From an uncultured Planctomycetia bacterium (lineage in GTDB: Bacteria > Omnitrophota > Gorgyraeia > Tantalellales > Tantalellaceae), in contig CAYPCX010000008.1 in assembly GCA_964409365.1 (NCBI GenBank), positions 265 through 64,264 on the forward strand: a stretch of DNA of 64,000 bases, in the 5' to 3' direction; not shown here. Positions within the stretch are counted from its first letter, which is position 1. More model-generated notes on the stretch are below. The model saw only the letters and a program-made list of their open reading frames with translations, was not told the DNA's origin and searched no databases.

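Noticed and set aside
63939-63941. ATG given as the start of the giant ORF
   Set aside because: The frame remains open to the window end, so the true start probably lies outside.

Overview
Bacterial chromosomal window; every credible gene is on the minus strand. Bases 1-24 kb hold one co-directional run of housekeeping genes (transcription order): cinA/pncC, thpR, recA, alaS, hisD, hisB, a four-helix-bundle gene, hisH-A-F-I, trpE-G-D-C-F-B-A, ruvX, M16 peptidase, M50/CBS protease, rpe, phosphoglucomutase/phosphomannomutase, lepA, lepB (partial). Bases 24,039 to beyond 64,000 are one uninterrupted ORF of more than 13,300 aa whose frame is still open at the window edge. It strings together about 25 recognisable enzyme or DNA-binding modules separated by transmembrane hairpins and recurring linker motifs. 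This resembles the giant multi-enzyme proteins reported from Ca. Omnitrophota (the taxonomy is inference). Most notable: (1) 11 tandem 59-aa XRE-like HTH repeats with a conserved scaffold and a hypervariable recognition helix; (2) internal prepilin-like G-x-T-L motifs, duplicated junction motifs and a His/Cys protease-like module, suggesting a cassette-built, possibly processed polyprotein; (3) 7-nt-period repeat arrays at many operon gene junctions, most keeping an AG every 7 nt, with an inverted pair bracketing an AT-rich four-helix-bundle (IVS/Avd-like) gene. No rRNA, tRNA or CRISPR array was seen. Domain calls come from motifs read by eye and their boundaries are approximate.
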